A DNA stretch of 63,849 nt, counting the filler, from an uncultured Methanosarcinales archaeon (GTDB lineage Archaea; Nanobdellota; Nanobdellia; Woesearchaeales; GW2011-AR9): assembly GCA_964434885.1 (NCBI GenBank). It is 6 parts of 6 records of this genome, joined end to end, with 100 filler letters (N's around TTAATTAATTAA, not from the genome) between each part and the next. Parts side by side here need not be neighbours in the genome. Positions count along the whole stretch, not along the records: positions 36,728 to 48,022 come from CAYSWQ010000032.1; positions 48,123 to 58,701 come from CAYSWQ010000033.1; 4 more parts are not named here. The stretch is one strand, 5' to 3'. Positions 40,066 to 49,519 of the stretch are shown here, piece by piece (position 1 is the stretch's first letter; every line of letters begins with the position of its first letter). The notes under the pieces are model-generated. The model was not told where the DNA came from. It made no database searches and worked only from the letters and a program-made list of their open reading frames with translations. Both the position numbers and the translations under genes were made by a program.

Positions 40066-40237
40066 TTTCTACCTCAACTAAATTTTCTAATTCTGAAGGA
40101 TTAATTATTAGATCTGTCTTTCTAGAAAGTTGATAATAAGCATCAACCAACAACCCCGTTGCTAAAAAATTAGTTCCTACTGAAACAAAATTAGCAATAT
40201 ATTCTAGAACATAATAAGTTTCAAATGTTCCCCCCAT
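40046..40237 (-). CDS. Small hypothetical protein
   Basis: 63-aa ORF overlapping the methyltransferase start; TATA-like sequence upstream. Confidence 0.35.
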   Translation of the reverse strand: MGGTFETYYVLEYIANFVSVGTNFLATGLLVDAYYQLSRKTDLIINPSELENLVEVENEYKIK

Positions 40238-40367
40238 AAAATATCAATAACTCACTTATATATTAAATTTCTGGTTCAAATCAACATATATTACTTACTA
40301 GCCCCCGTTAAATTTATATACATTAAAGTTTTTATTTCTTTATTAATACTTAAAAGAGGTACCTAAA

Positions 40368-41270
40368 ATGAATATAAAACATTTAATATTGTTCTTAGTC
40401 TTAATTAGTAGTTTATTTTTAGTTAGTTGTACAGATACTAAAAAAACTACCACTACAAGTAAAGTTTTTATTGGTGGAACTCAAGGAGCAGTAACTAAAT
40501 TTGAAGCTTTCGGAGTAACCGAAAACAACATCTATACTGTTTTTGATACTGAAGAATTTCCTTTAGAAGTTACTTTAACAAACAAAGGAGAATATGATTT
40601 AAAAGCAGGTGATGTAGAAGTAACTTTACTTGGTCCTTCTCAAAAAGAATTTACTGGAATTTCTTCTTGGAAATTAAAAAACACTGGTAAAATTGACAAA
40701 ATATCTAAATTATTAACTACAGGGGGAGAAGAAACTATTTCTTTTGCCAAAAACGCAAAATACAAAGGTGATGTTACTGGACTACAACAAAGAACTTGGT
40801 TTGCTAATGCTGATTATAATTATGAAACTTATTTAATTGTACCTGAAGTATGTCTTAAAGAAGATTTAACAGACAAAAGAGTATGTAAAGTTAGTGAAAA
40901 AAAGACCTTCCACGTTTCCGGAGCACCTGTAACAGTTACTAGTGTTGAACAAAGCACTGCCGGTAAAGGAATTATGGCTTTAAAAATTAAAATTTCTGAC
41001 AAAGCTACTGGAAAAGTTACCAAACAAGGTAAAGACTTTGGAACTCGAGAAGAACTTACTTTCTCTATTGATGACTCCGAATGGGAGTGTAAATCTGGTG
41101 GCCGTGTAAATGAAGCTAAATTAATCAAAGATGAAGCAGAAATTCTATGTAAGTTGAAAAAAGCCCTAACTAAAAACACTTTGTCAACAAGACAATTAAA
41201 AGTAACTTTCAAATACAAATACAGATCTTTGATCCAAGAAAAGTTAGGCATTAAAGAAACAACTAAGTAA
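40368..41270 (+). CDS. Ig-like lipoprotein (paralogue 3)
   Basis: FLVSC lipobox; GGTQG, NKGEY, VCL, SGAPV; RBS GAGGT. Confidence 0.7.
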   Translation: MNIKHLILFLVLISSLFLVSCTDTKKTTTTSKVFIGGTQGAVTKFEAFGVTENNIYTVFDTEEFPLEVTLTNKGEYDLKAGDVEVTLLGPSQKEFTGISSWKLKNTGKIDKISKLLTTGGEETISFAKNAKYKGDVTGLQQRTWFANADYNYETYLIVPEVCLKEDLTDKRVCKVSEKKTFHVSGAPVTVTSVEQSTAGKGIMALKIKISDKATGKVTKQGKDFGTREELTFSIDDSEWECKSGGRVNEAKLIKDEAEILCKLKKALTKNTLSTRQLKVTFKYKYRSLIQEKLGIKETTK

Positions 41271-41300
41271 TTTTATTTATTTTCTTTTATTAAATTATTT

Positions 41301-42260
41301 CTATCTACTACCAACCATAACCACAAAAGCTAAAAAGCTCTCTAATTGAATAAATTCGTCTGAACCTTCTGACATTCTAAACTCTGTTTCTCCACATTTC
41401 TCAACAATTTCTACTTTCTTTCGATCATCAGTTTCCAAATTCCAAATCTCCTTTTGAATTTGTCTAATTACATCCATTCCCGATAAACCATATTCCAACA
41501 TCAAATCCAATAGTTTGCCTCTAGCGGTAACAAAATTGTTCCCCAGGGATAACTCCAAAATCTCCTTAACTTCTTTAGGTTTGGCCACAGAAGCCATAGA
41601 ATAAACTAATTCTTTGTCTATCGTTTTATTAATCACTGAACAACTTTGCATCACATTCTCTAATTTTCGACAATCTCCTTCACAAATCTCAAACAACACT
41701 TCTTTTGCCTCAGAAGATATTTGTAATTCTTCTTTTAATGCAATTTTATCAACCATAGAAAAAATATTTTCTTTACTTAATGGTTTAAATCTGAATACTG
41801 CACATCTACTTTGAATTGGGTCAATAATCTTGCTACTATAATTACAACTTAAAATAAAACGACAAGTCTTAGTATAATTCTCCATCGTCCGTCTCAAAGC
41901 CTGCTGAGCTTCCTTGGTCAAAGCATCACTCTCATCTAAATAAATAATCTTAAAAGGCACATTTCCAATCGCTTTAGTTCTAGCAAAATCTTTTACTTTA
42001 ACTCTAACAACATCAATTCCTCTTTCGTCAGAAGCATTTAACTCTAAAACATTCTGTCTCCAACTCTCTCCAAATAATTCTTTCGCAATAACCAAAGAAA
42101 GTGTTGTCTTTCCCACTCCAGCTGGACCAGAAAACAACAAATGTGGCATATTCTGCTGCTCTACAAAAGCTTTTATTTTAGTTAAAATCTCTTCTTGTCC
42201 TTTAACTTCCTCAAAAGTACTCGGACGATATTTCTCAGTCCAAATAGTTGAATTAGCCAT
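41301..42260 (-). CDS. rfcS: Replication factor C small subunit
   Basis: WTEKYRP, GPAGVGKT, ELNASDERGID, AQQALRRTME, IQSRC; no intein. Confidence 0.96.
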   Translation of the reverse strand: MANSTIWTEKYRPSTFEEVKGQEEILTKIKAFVEQQNMPHLLFSGPAGVGKTTLSLVIAKELFGESWRQNVLELNASDERGIDVVRVKVKDFARTKAIGNVPFKIIYLDESDALTKEAQQALRRTMENYTKTCRFILSCNYSSKIIDPIQSRCAVFRFKPLSKENIFSMVDKIALKEELQISSEAKEVLFEICEGDCRKLENVMQSCSVINKTIDKELVYSMASVAKPKEVKEILELSLGNNFVTARGKLLDLMLEYGLSGMDVIRQIQKEIWNLETDDRKKVEIVEKCGETEFRMSEGSDEFIQLESFLAFVVMVGSR

Positions 42261-42327
42261 ACTCTTTCACAAACACCAATCTTTATAAGTTTTATCTATC
42301 TGCAGAATAATTAAGAAAAATTATCAA

Positions 42328-42639
42328 TTAAAAACGCCGAAATAATTTTCTCCCTTGATGTAAAAGAGCATCATATTGGTCTTTTAATCGTTCATAAGCT
42401 CTTTCTCCACGTGGAAGTAATTGACAATGCACTTCTTTTTTAGTTTCGTCTTTGGGATTATAACCTGCACCAAGAACTTTTAAATAACCATTATCTACAA
42501 AAGGATCTAAAAAAGACAATTCTCCTCTAAAATATTGTACAGTTACAGGCGTAGATAATTTTTCTTCCTTATTTGCTAAATCGCCGACGTTCAATAAAAA
42601 TTTAATTCTTGCTTCTAACAACTCCTCTGCTTCCGTCAT
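42328..42639 (-). CDS. Hypothetical protein (possible winged helix)
   Basis: 103-aa ORF with L...GYL and LLPRG wing-like pattern. Confidence 0.45.
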   Translation of the reverse strand: MTEAEELLEARIKFLLNVGDLANKEEKLSTPVTVQYFRGELSFLDPFVDNGYLKVLGAGYNPKDETKKEVHCQLLPRGERAYERLKDQYDALLHQGRKLFRRF

Positions 42640-42694
42640 AATCCAATTATCTAAAATAGAACTATATAAAGATTGTTAACTTAAAAAATAGATT

Positions 42695-43768
42695 TCACTC
42701 TTCCTTCTTCATATAAATAGTCCTTGTCGGATAAGGAATCCCAATACCTTCTTTATTCAAGGCATCATAAATTCGCTGAGTAGCTTCTAATTTTCTCTTA
42801 TGGGAATCTTTCCAATTATCAATCCAAAATAATGCTCTAAAATTCAAAGCCGAATCAGCCATTTCTAAAAACTGAACTTGTGGGTCTGGATCATCTAAAA
42901 TAATATTCTTCATCTCACGCACAGTTCCTAAAACCACTTTCTTAACTTTTTCTATATCACTACCATATTCTACTCCAAAATCAACTTTAACTCTAATGGT
43001 AGCTGAAGGATGAGTATAATTCAAAATTCGACTATTAGCCAAATATCCATTAGGAACATGAATAATTTCATTATCATAAGTTCTAATCTTAGTGCTTCTT
43101 AAACTAATATCTCTTATTTCTCCTAATTCTCCACTCTCTAATTTAATTTTATCTCCCACTTCAAAATTTTTATCTAATAATAAAGTAATTCCACCAAAAA
43201 TATTTTTCAATGAATCTTGTAAAGCAAAACCAATCACTATACCTCCTACTCCAGCTCCTGCTAAATATGGAGTGATATTTACTCCCCAAATTTTCAACAA
43301 CCATAATACAGCAATAATTGTCATTATCACTTTGACAATCTTATGAAACAAAGGCAACAACACATCATCAATTTTACTTTTTGTTCGATGAGCCATAGTT
43401 TTACTCCAACCTTCAATAATTACATCAATTGCTGCCCCAATAATAAAAATGAAAACAATTGCCATAATAGAATTCATTAATTGTGCTATCCAACCAGTAG
43501 CTCCTAAGTTAACTAACGCCAATTTAACCCCGTAAGCTAAAATCAAATAAAAGAATGGTTTTTTGGTTTTTGCAAAAATTAAATCATCTAATTCTGTTTT
43601 GGTTTTCGCAGCAAATTTTTGTAAAAACTTCTCAAAAATAAACAATAATAACCAAGCACCAATTATGGCCAAGACTACAATTACCAAAGAAATAATATAT
43701 TTATTACCTAAAAGAGGAACACTAGTTACTAAATTATTCCATTGATTTACAATAATTTGCTGAACCAT
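42695..43768 (-). CDS. MscS-family mechanosensitive channel
   Basis: IGFALQDSLKNIFGG, F.VGD, LRSTKIRT.D, IPYPT. Confidence 0.92.
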   Translation of the reverse strand: MVQQIIVNQWNNLVTSVPLLGNKYIISLVIVVLAIIGAWLLLFIFEKFLQKFAAKTKTELDDLIFAKTKKPFFYLILAYGVKLALVNLGATGWIAQLMNSIMAIVFIFIIGAAIDVIIEGWSKTMAHRTKSKIDDVLLPLFHKIVKVIMTIIAVLWLLKIWGVNITPYLAGAGVGGIVIGFALQDSLKNIFGGITLLLDKNFEVGDKIKLESGELGEIRDISLRSTKIRTYDNEIIHVPNGYLANSRILNYTHPSATIRVKVDFGVEYGSDIEKVKKVVLGTVREMKNIILDDPDPQVQFLEMADSALNFRALFWIDNWKDSHKRKLEATQRIYDALNKEGIGIPYPTRTIYMKKEE

Positions 43769-43800
43769 CTTATAATGTTTCCAATAGACCTATTTAAATA

Positions 43801-45168
43801 TTATGTTTTTTTATTTACTTTAAGACCTAATTCTCCTAACTGTTCACCAGACACACCACTTGGAGCGTCCAACATGACATCTTTAGCATCTTTATTTTTT
43901 GGAAAAGCAATTACTTCTCGAATAGATTCTTCTCCAGCCATTAACATAGCCCAACGATCTAAACCAAATGCAATTCCTCCATGAGGTGGTGCAAACTGCA
44001 AGGCATCTAATAAAAATCCAAATTTTTCTTTTTGTTCTTTTTCATCAATTCCCAAAGCATCAAATACTTGCTGTTGAACTTTTTCATCAGAAATACGAAT
44101 TGATCCTCCTCCGATTTCTACTCCATTCAAAACCAAATCATATGCTCGAGATTTAACTTTCTCTTTATCATCATTCAAATACTTAAGATCTTCTAAATTT
44201 GGAGAAGTAAAAGGATGATGCATACTAATCATCCTATTCTCTTCTTCACTAAATTCAAACATTGGGAATTCGGTTACCCATAAAAAGGCAAATTTCTCTT
44301 TTTCCTTTCGAATATCCGGCTTATCTGATTTATATTTTTTCATCGCTTCTTCATAAGTCATTCGCGGAAAAGGAAGTTTAATTTTTTCTCCAATAACTTT
44401 ATCAAAAACAAATTGCATCAGCTTCTCAAGTAAATTGTAAATATCTTCTTCTTCCACAAAACTCAATTCCATATCTAACTGTGTAAATTCTGGTTGTCGA
44501 TCTGACCTTAAATCCTCATCCCGAAAACATCTAACAATTTGAAAATATTTATCAAAACCAGAAACCATCAATAATTGTTTAAATAATTGAGGAGATTGAG
44601 GTAAAGCATAAAAATTCTTAGGAAATTTCCTAGACGGAACCAAATAATCTCTAGAACCTTCTGGAGTAGATTTTCCCAAACAAGGAGTTTCTATTTCTAG
44701 AAAATTCTCCTGGTCTAAAAAATCCCGAATCGCTTTAGCTAATTTATGACGCAAAATAATATTTTTTTGCATTCTTTCTTTACGTAAATCAATATATCTA
44801 TACTTGAACCTAGTTTCTTCCGAAGATTCTATTTCTTCACTTAAATCTAAAGGCAAAGTTGGAATTTTTTTCAAAACTTCAACACTAGAAGCACTTAATT
44901 CTACTTCTCCAGTTCCTTTTTCCTTAACTTGATTAGCTGGACGAGCTTTCACTTCCCCTTTAATCTGTAAAATATCTTCTTTGTTTAAATTTCGAAAATC
45001 TCGAGCCAAATCTTTATTTAAAAAAACTTGAATCTTACCATATCGATCTCTTAAATCAAGAAAACCAATTTTTCCGCCAATTCTAATTGAATCAACCCAA
45101 CCAGCCAAAACTACTTTTTGACCAGCTTCTTTCTTACTTAATTCTCCACAAGTATGTGTTCTTAACAT
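43801..45168 (-). CDS. aspS: Aspartate-tRNA ligase, bacterial-type, short (no GAD insertion)
   Basis: MLRTHTCGEL, YRYIDLR, STPEG.RDY, LPQSPQLFKQ, FRDEDLR.DRQPEF, HHPFT, PPHGGIAFGLDR; 455 aa. Confidence 0.92.
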   Translation of the reverse strand: MLRTHTCGELSKKEAGQKVVLAGWVDSIRIGGKIGFLDLRDRYGKIQVFLNKDLARDFRNLNKEDILQIKGEVKARPANQVKEKGTGEVELSASSVEVLKKIPTLPLDLSEEIESSEETRFKYRYIDLRKERMQKNIILRHKLAKAIRDFLDQENFLEIETPCLGKSTPEGSRDYLVPSRKFPKNFYALPQSPQLFKQLLMVSGFDKYFQIVRCFRDEDLRSDRQPEFTQLDMELSFVEEEDIYNLLEKLMQFVFDKVIGEKIKLPFPRMTYEEAMKKYKSDKPDIRKEKEKFAFLWVTEFPMFEFSEEENRMISMHHPFTSPNLEDLKYLNDDKEKVKSRAYDLVLNGVEIGGGSIRISDEKVQQQVFDALGIDEKEQKEKFGFLLDALQFAPPHGGIAFGLDRWAMLMAGEESIREVIAFPKNKDAKDVMLDAPSGVSGEQLGELGLKVNKKT

Positions 45169-45264
45169 ATCTTTAACGAAATACTATTTTTATATAAAGT
45201 TTACTATGTAATAAAACAACAAAACTTCCACAAATATTAAATACTAAAACATTTCCCAAATAAT

Positions 45265-45456
45265 ATGGAATTAATGACTTTAGTTATTGTCTTAGGAATA
45301 GCAATTTTTGTAGTTTTTTTCGGAAAAATTTTGAGTCATGCTTTAAAATTCTTCTTCTACATCTTATTAATAGTCTTGGCATTAGTATTTGTTTTTGGGG
45401 TTTCCCTCAGTGATGTCATAAATTTTGTTCAAGAATTAGTTTTTATGACTTTTTAA
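45265..45456 (+). CDS. Small membrane protein
   Basis: Two hydrophobic helices in 63 aa. Confidence 0.55.
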   Translation: MELMTLVIVLGIAIFVVFFGKILSHALKFFFYILLIVLALVFVFGVSLSDVINFVQELVFMTF

Positions 45457-45459
45457 AAT

Positions 45460-45540
45460 TATTTAGTTAGTTTTGCCAAATGAGCCGCATTTTTTACTAA
45501 AATGTAAAAAATCACTGCGGCGTGCAAACTTAACTAAATA
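45460..45540. repeat. Intergenic bulged palindrome related to the core of the 6801 MITE
   Basis: TATTTAGTTA/TAACTAAATA, GCCGCA/TGCGGC, TTTTTTAC/GTAAAAAA; shares GCCAAA-n-GA, TCAC and GTGC with 6864-6916. Confidence 0.7.
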
Positions 45541-45589
45541 TGTAATTTAAAACAAAAGATTTAAAACCAAAAAAATATTTCTAAAAGTT

Positions 45590-45991
45590 ATGGGATTTTT
45601 AAAAAGACTATTTGGAAAAAAAGATGATTTTGATTTAGATGCCCCTTTACCTGGTGAAGGGTTACCTGGTGAAAAACCAATACAAGGCCTAAATGATTTT
45701 TCGAAAGACACTTCTCTTCCTACAGACAATTTAGGTTTAGATGAAAAACCAGTTATTCCTGATGAACCACAAAGTTCTGGTTTACCTTCCCATTTAGAAG
45801 ATCCTCTAGCTCCAAGTCAACCTGCTTTAACAAAAACGGCACCAACTCCTCCTGGAACTCCTCAAAGAGATTTAGAATTAATCAATAGTAAATTAGATAC
45901 TTTAAAAGCAATTCTTACTTCAATGGATCAAAGAATTGCTAATTTAGAAAAAGTTGCCGGTGTTGAAAAAAACAAAAAGATGCCTTGGTAA
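45590..45991 (+). CDS. Hypothetical protein, Pro/Asp-rich with C-terminal coiled coil
   Basis: RDLELINSKLDTLKAIL.SMDQRIANLE. Confidence 0.65.
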   Translation: MGFLKRLFGKKDDFDLDAPLPGEGLPGEKPIQGLNDFSKDTSLPTDNLGLDEKPVIPDEPQSSGLPSHLEDPLAPSQPALTKTAPTPPGTPQRDLELINSKLDTLKAILTSMDQRIANLEKVAGVEKNKKMPW

Positions 45992-47248
45992 TCAAAGAAA
46001 TTTTTCTTCCAATTTTTTTCGATATTGCTCCAAATTAAAATCAGTTACTCGAGCAACTCCACTTTCAATTGCTGCTTTAGCTACTGCCAAACTTACTTCT
46101 ACTGCTGCCCTTTTATCAAATGGTTTTGGAATAATGTAATCTTTTCCAAAAGAAAGTTCTTTTAATCCATAAATATCCAAAATATCTTGTGTTACTGGCA
46201 ATTTAGCTACTTTAGCTAAAGCAATAGCTGCTGCTTTTTTCATTGATTCATTTATTTTCTTCGCTCGAATATCTAAAGCCCCTCGAAAAATAAATGGAAA
46301 TCCTAAAACATTATTAATTTGATTAGGATAATCACTTCTTCCCAAAGCCATAACTACATCAGATCTTGTTTTTCTCGCTAATTCATATCCTATTTCTGGA
46401 TCTGGACTAGATAAAGCAAAAACTATTGGATTTGAACCCATACTTAACAACATTTTTGGTGTAACTAAATCTTTGGTAGCTAAACCTACAAAAACATCTG
46501 CCCCCACAATGGCTTCACTTAATGTTCGTAATTCAGTGTTAACTACAAATTTTTGTTTATATTCGTTCATTCCTTCTGTTCTACCTTCGTAAATAACTCC
46601 TTTACTATCACAAACAATAAGTTGATTTTTTTTCAAACCCAAATCAAGATAAAATTGAGCACAAGCCAAACCTGCTGCTCCTGCTCCCAAAATAACTACT
46701 TTAACTTCTTCTATTTTCTTATCTACAATTTCTAAAGCATTTAACAATCCTGCACCAGAAACGATAGCAGTTCCATGTTGATCATCATGAAAAACAGGAA
46801 TTCCTAAATTCTGTAATTTTTTTTCAACTTCAAAACATTCTGGGGCCTTAATATCTTCTAAATTGATTCCCCCATAAGTAGAAGCAACTAATTTAACTAC
46901 ATTAATCATTTCCTCACTTTCCAAAGAATCAATCAATAAATCAACTGCATCAATATCTGCAAATTTCTTAAATAACAAAGCTTTTCCTTCCATTACAGGT
47001 TTACTAGCTAAAGCTCCAATATTCCCCAAACCCAAAACTGCAGTGCCATTAGAAACCACTGCCACCAAATTAGATTTATTAGTATATTCGTAAGACATTT
47101 CAGAATTTTTTTCAATTTCCAAACAAGGATACGCTACCCCTGGAGAATAAGCTAAAGCCAAATCTTTTTGTGTTTCAGTTTGAGTCTTGACAAATGTAGC
47201 AATCTTTCCTTTCTTTTCCGCATGATAATCAAGAGCCTCTTTTTCCAT
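45992..47248 (-). CDS. Malic enzyme (MaeB-type, without the PTA domain)
   Basis: LAYSPGVA, NGTAVLGLG, PVMEGKA, NLEDIKAP, FHDDQHGT, GRSDYPNQ.NN. Confidence 0.93.
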   Translation of the reverse strand: MEKEALDYHAEKKGKIATFVKTQTETQKDLALAYSPGVAYPCLEIEKNSEMSYEYTNKSNLVAVVSNGTAVLGLGNIGALASKPVMEGKALLFKKFADIDAVDLLIDSLESEEMINVVKLVASTYGGINLEDIKAPECFEVEKKLQNLGIPVFHDDQHGTAIVSGAGLLNALEIVDKKIEEVKVVILGAGAAGLACAQFYLDLGLKKNQLIVCDSKGVIYEGRTEGMNEYKQKFVVNTELRTLSEAIVGADVFVGLATKDLVTPKMLLSMGSNPIVFALSSPDPEIGYELARKTRSDVVMALGRSDYPNQINNVLGFPFIFRGALDIRAKKINESMKKAAAIALAKVAKLPVTQDILDIYGLKELSFGKDYIIPKPFDKRAAVEVSLAVAKAAIESGVARVTDFNLEQYRKKLEEKFL

Positions 47249-47351
47249 GAGAATTATATATCCTTAATCAATCATTTATAGATTTTACGGAAATAAAACA
47301 TTAATCAAAACAAATTTAAAGTCAACTATATTTTAATATTAAATAACTAAA

Positions 47352-47786
47352 ATGAATAAACACAAAAATAAAATATTACTTTTTTCATCACTATCTATCA
47401 TTATTATTCTATTGGATCAATTAACTAAATGGTTAATCATAGAATTCCAACCAACTTTTAATTTAAAAATATTGACTATACACTTAATAAAAAATACAGG
47501 AGCTGGTTTTGGAATACTAAAAAATCAAACTTGGTTGTTAGCACTAATCTCTTTACTAGTTACTTTACTGATTATTTATTATTATCCAAAAATACCCAAA
47601 GAAAATTTCCCTCAAATAATGACTGCTTTATTCTTAGCTGGAACTATTGGTAATTTAATTGACAGAATATTTAGAAAATTTGTCATCGATTTCTTAGATT
47701 TCCACTTCTGGCCAGCTTTCAACATCGCAGACGCTGCAATAACAATTGGAGCTATTGGATTAGTAATTTACTTTTGGAAGAAATAA
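47352..47786 (+). CDS. lspA: Lipoprotein signal peptidase II
   Basis: LDQLTK, NTGAGFG, GNLIDR, VIDF, FNIADA.I. Confidence 0.92.
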   Translation: MNKHKNKILLFSSLSIIIILLDQLTKWLIIEFQPTFNLKILTIHLIKNTGAGFGILKNQTWLLALISLLVTLLIIYYYPKIPKENFPQIMTALFLAGTIGNLIDRIFRKFVIDFLDFHFWPAFNIADAAITIGAIGLVIYFWKK

Positions 47787-47788
47787 AA

Positions 47789-48022
47789 TTAATTAACACA
47801 ACTATGTCCACGATAGCCTTTCTTATTAGCTGATCTTTTATCATTAAACCAAACCATTCTTTTCTTAACTATTCTTTTCGCCCAATCACATTTCGGTTCA
47901 TGATAAACACTACCTCCTGTACTAGCCACATATTTTCCAGGAGAATGAACTGTTTTTTTCTTTACTGACTTAACAACAGATTTAGTATCACTATTAACAG
48001 GAGCAGCAATTCTAACTTTAAC
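47789..48022 (-). CDS. Ada-like metal-binding domain protein, 5'-truncated
   Basis: Not in the ORF track; ...GKYVASTGGSVYHEPKCDWAKRI...GYRGHSCVN*. Confidence 0.65.
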   Translation of the reverse strand, partial: VKVRIAAPVNSDTKSVVKSVKKKTVHSPGKYVASTGGSVYHEPKCDWAKRIVKKRMVWFNDKRSANKKGYRGHSCVN

Positions 48023-48122
48023 NNNNNNNNNNNNNNNNNNNNNNNNNNNNNNNNNNNNNNNNNNNNTTAATTAATTAANNNNNNNNNNNNNNNNNNNNNN
48101 NNNNNNNNNNNNNNNNNNNNNN
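48023..48122. other. Artificial contig linker
   Basis: N44-TTAATTAATTAA-N44. Confidence 0.97.
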
Positions 48123-48169
48123 CCGAAAAGTTAGCGTCTTTACCGACGACAAGGCAAATAAAAAATTAC

Positions 48170-48240
48170 GCATAACATCTTTTATCTGTAGTTTGTTCGT
48201 GATAACGAGTAAAAAAAATAAAAGATAAAAGATGTTATTT
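48170..48240 (-). repeat. attC-like inverted repeat
   Basis: Perfect 16-bp IR ATAACATCTTTTATCT (48172-48187) / AGATAAAAGATGTTAT (48223-48238). On the minus strand it reads AAATAAC...GTTATGC, and the TAA is the stop of the upstream ORF. Confidence 0.55.
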
Positions 48241-48435
48241 GGAGTTGTTTAGGAACTCTTCAAGTAATTCATGGTTTTTGCACATTAAATCCATCAATTC
48301 ATCGAGATTCTTGTTTAGCATTGCAAACTGAAAGCCTTTGCTTTTGTTGTATCTGTTGTAAATAATTCCTTTCATTCGATTGTAGAACTCTAATAAGATG
48401 AGTTCATTTGTTCTTTCAAAATCTTTTATTTGCAT
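48235..48435 (-). CDS. Small hypothetical protein (cassette-like)
   Basis: RBS GAGGTG before ATG 48435 gives 66 aa (MQIKDFERTNEL...). Confidence 0.55.
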   Translation of the reverse strand: MQIKDFERTNELILLEFYNRMKGIIYNRYNKSKGFQFAMLNKNLDELMDLMCKNHELLEEFLNNSK

Positions 48436-48610
48436 TTTACACCTCTTGATTTTTTCCCAATCCTGCGCCAGGTGCTTATGTGGTTTTAAGAAAACAACAA
48501 TATTGTTCCTCAGCACCAAAAATCGATCAAGAGGTTTCCAAAAAAAAAGAGTAGTGGACAAGTGGACAAGCTCAGGTAGAGTTTATATAGAATTAGATTA
48601 TTGATAAAAT

Positions 48611-49402
48611 ATGACATTCGCAAGATTAACACAAGAATTAAAGATTAGAAGATGTAGTCCTAAAACCCTTAAAGCTTATTTACACTACAATCAGAAATTT
48701 TTATTATTCTGTAAAAAAGATACATCTCAAATTACTACTCAAGATATCAGAAATTATCTAGAATATTTAATCGACCAGAAGTTATCTGGTAACACTATCA
48801 GATTAGCTTACAATTCTTTATTATTTTATTATCATCAAGTATTATGTAAACAGTTGATGAGAAATATTAAAATTCCAAAAAAAGACCATCAAATGACTAT
48901 TGGATTAACTAAAACAGAAGTGAATCAATTACTTGCTGCTATCAAAAACCCCAAACATCGTTTACTTATTGAATTAATCTATGGTTCTGGTTTAAGAGCT
49001 TCGGAAGCAGTGAAAATAAAATTTAAAGATATTTTCATTAAAGAAAAAATGCTAATAATCAAATCAGGTAAAGGGAGAAAAGATCGTAGAACAATCTTGT
49101 CTCAGAAATTTATATCGGATTTTAAAACGCATCTAAATAAAGACAATTATTTATTTCCCGGAAGAAAAAATCATTTAACTTTACGCAGTGTGCAACAAAT
49201 CATCAAGCAGGCCGCCACTAGAGCAAAAATAAAAAAACGTGTTTATCCCCATTTGTTAAGACATGCTTTTGCTACGCATTTACTACAAGACAACGTCGAT
49301 ACTTATTACATACAAAAATTGCTCGGACATCAATCTCAAAAAACTACTGAAAATTATATCCAAGTAAATAATGTCTCTAATATTAAATCTCCATTAGATT
49401 AA
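48611..49402 (+). CDS. Tyrosine recombinase (XerC/D or integron-integrase-like)
   Basis: SPKT..AY N-terminal domain; catalytic set in GLR.SE, KGRKDR, HLLRH.FATH, LLGH, TENY. Confidence 0.93.
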   Translation: MTFARLTQELKIRRCSPKTLKAYLHYNQKFLLFCKKDTSQITTQDIRNYLEYLIDQKLSGNTIRLAYNSLLFYYHQVLCKQLMRNIKIPKKDHQMTIGLTKTEVNQLLAAIKNPKHRLLIELIYGSGLRASEAVKIKFKDIFIKEKMLIIKSGKGRKDRRTILSQKFISDFKTHLNKDNYLFPGRKNHLTLRSVQQIIKQAATRAKIKKRVYPHLLRHAFATHLLQDNVDTYYIQKLLGHQSQKTTENYIQVNNVSNIKSPLD

Positions 49403-49519
49403 GTTAATTTTTTCTAAATAAATTGGGTTTAATAGGTATGTCTTCAAAAACTAAAAATTTATAAATGAACTCAATATTCTAATCAAAAAAAGAAGATAAA
49501 AATATTCTGGGTGTGTAAT

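Noticed and set aside
48611..49402. Canonical integron integrase IntI
   Set aside because: It lacks the IntI-specific insertion and no attI was identified; kept only as an integron-like hypothesis.
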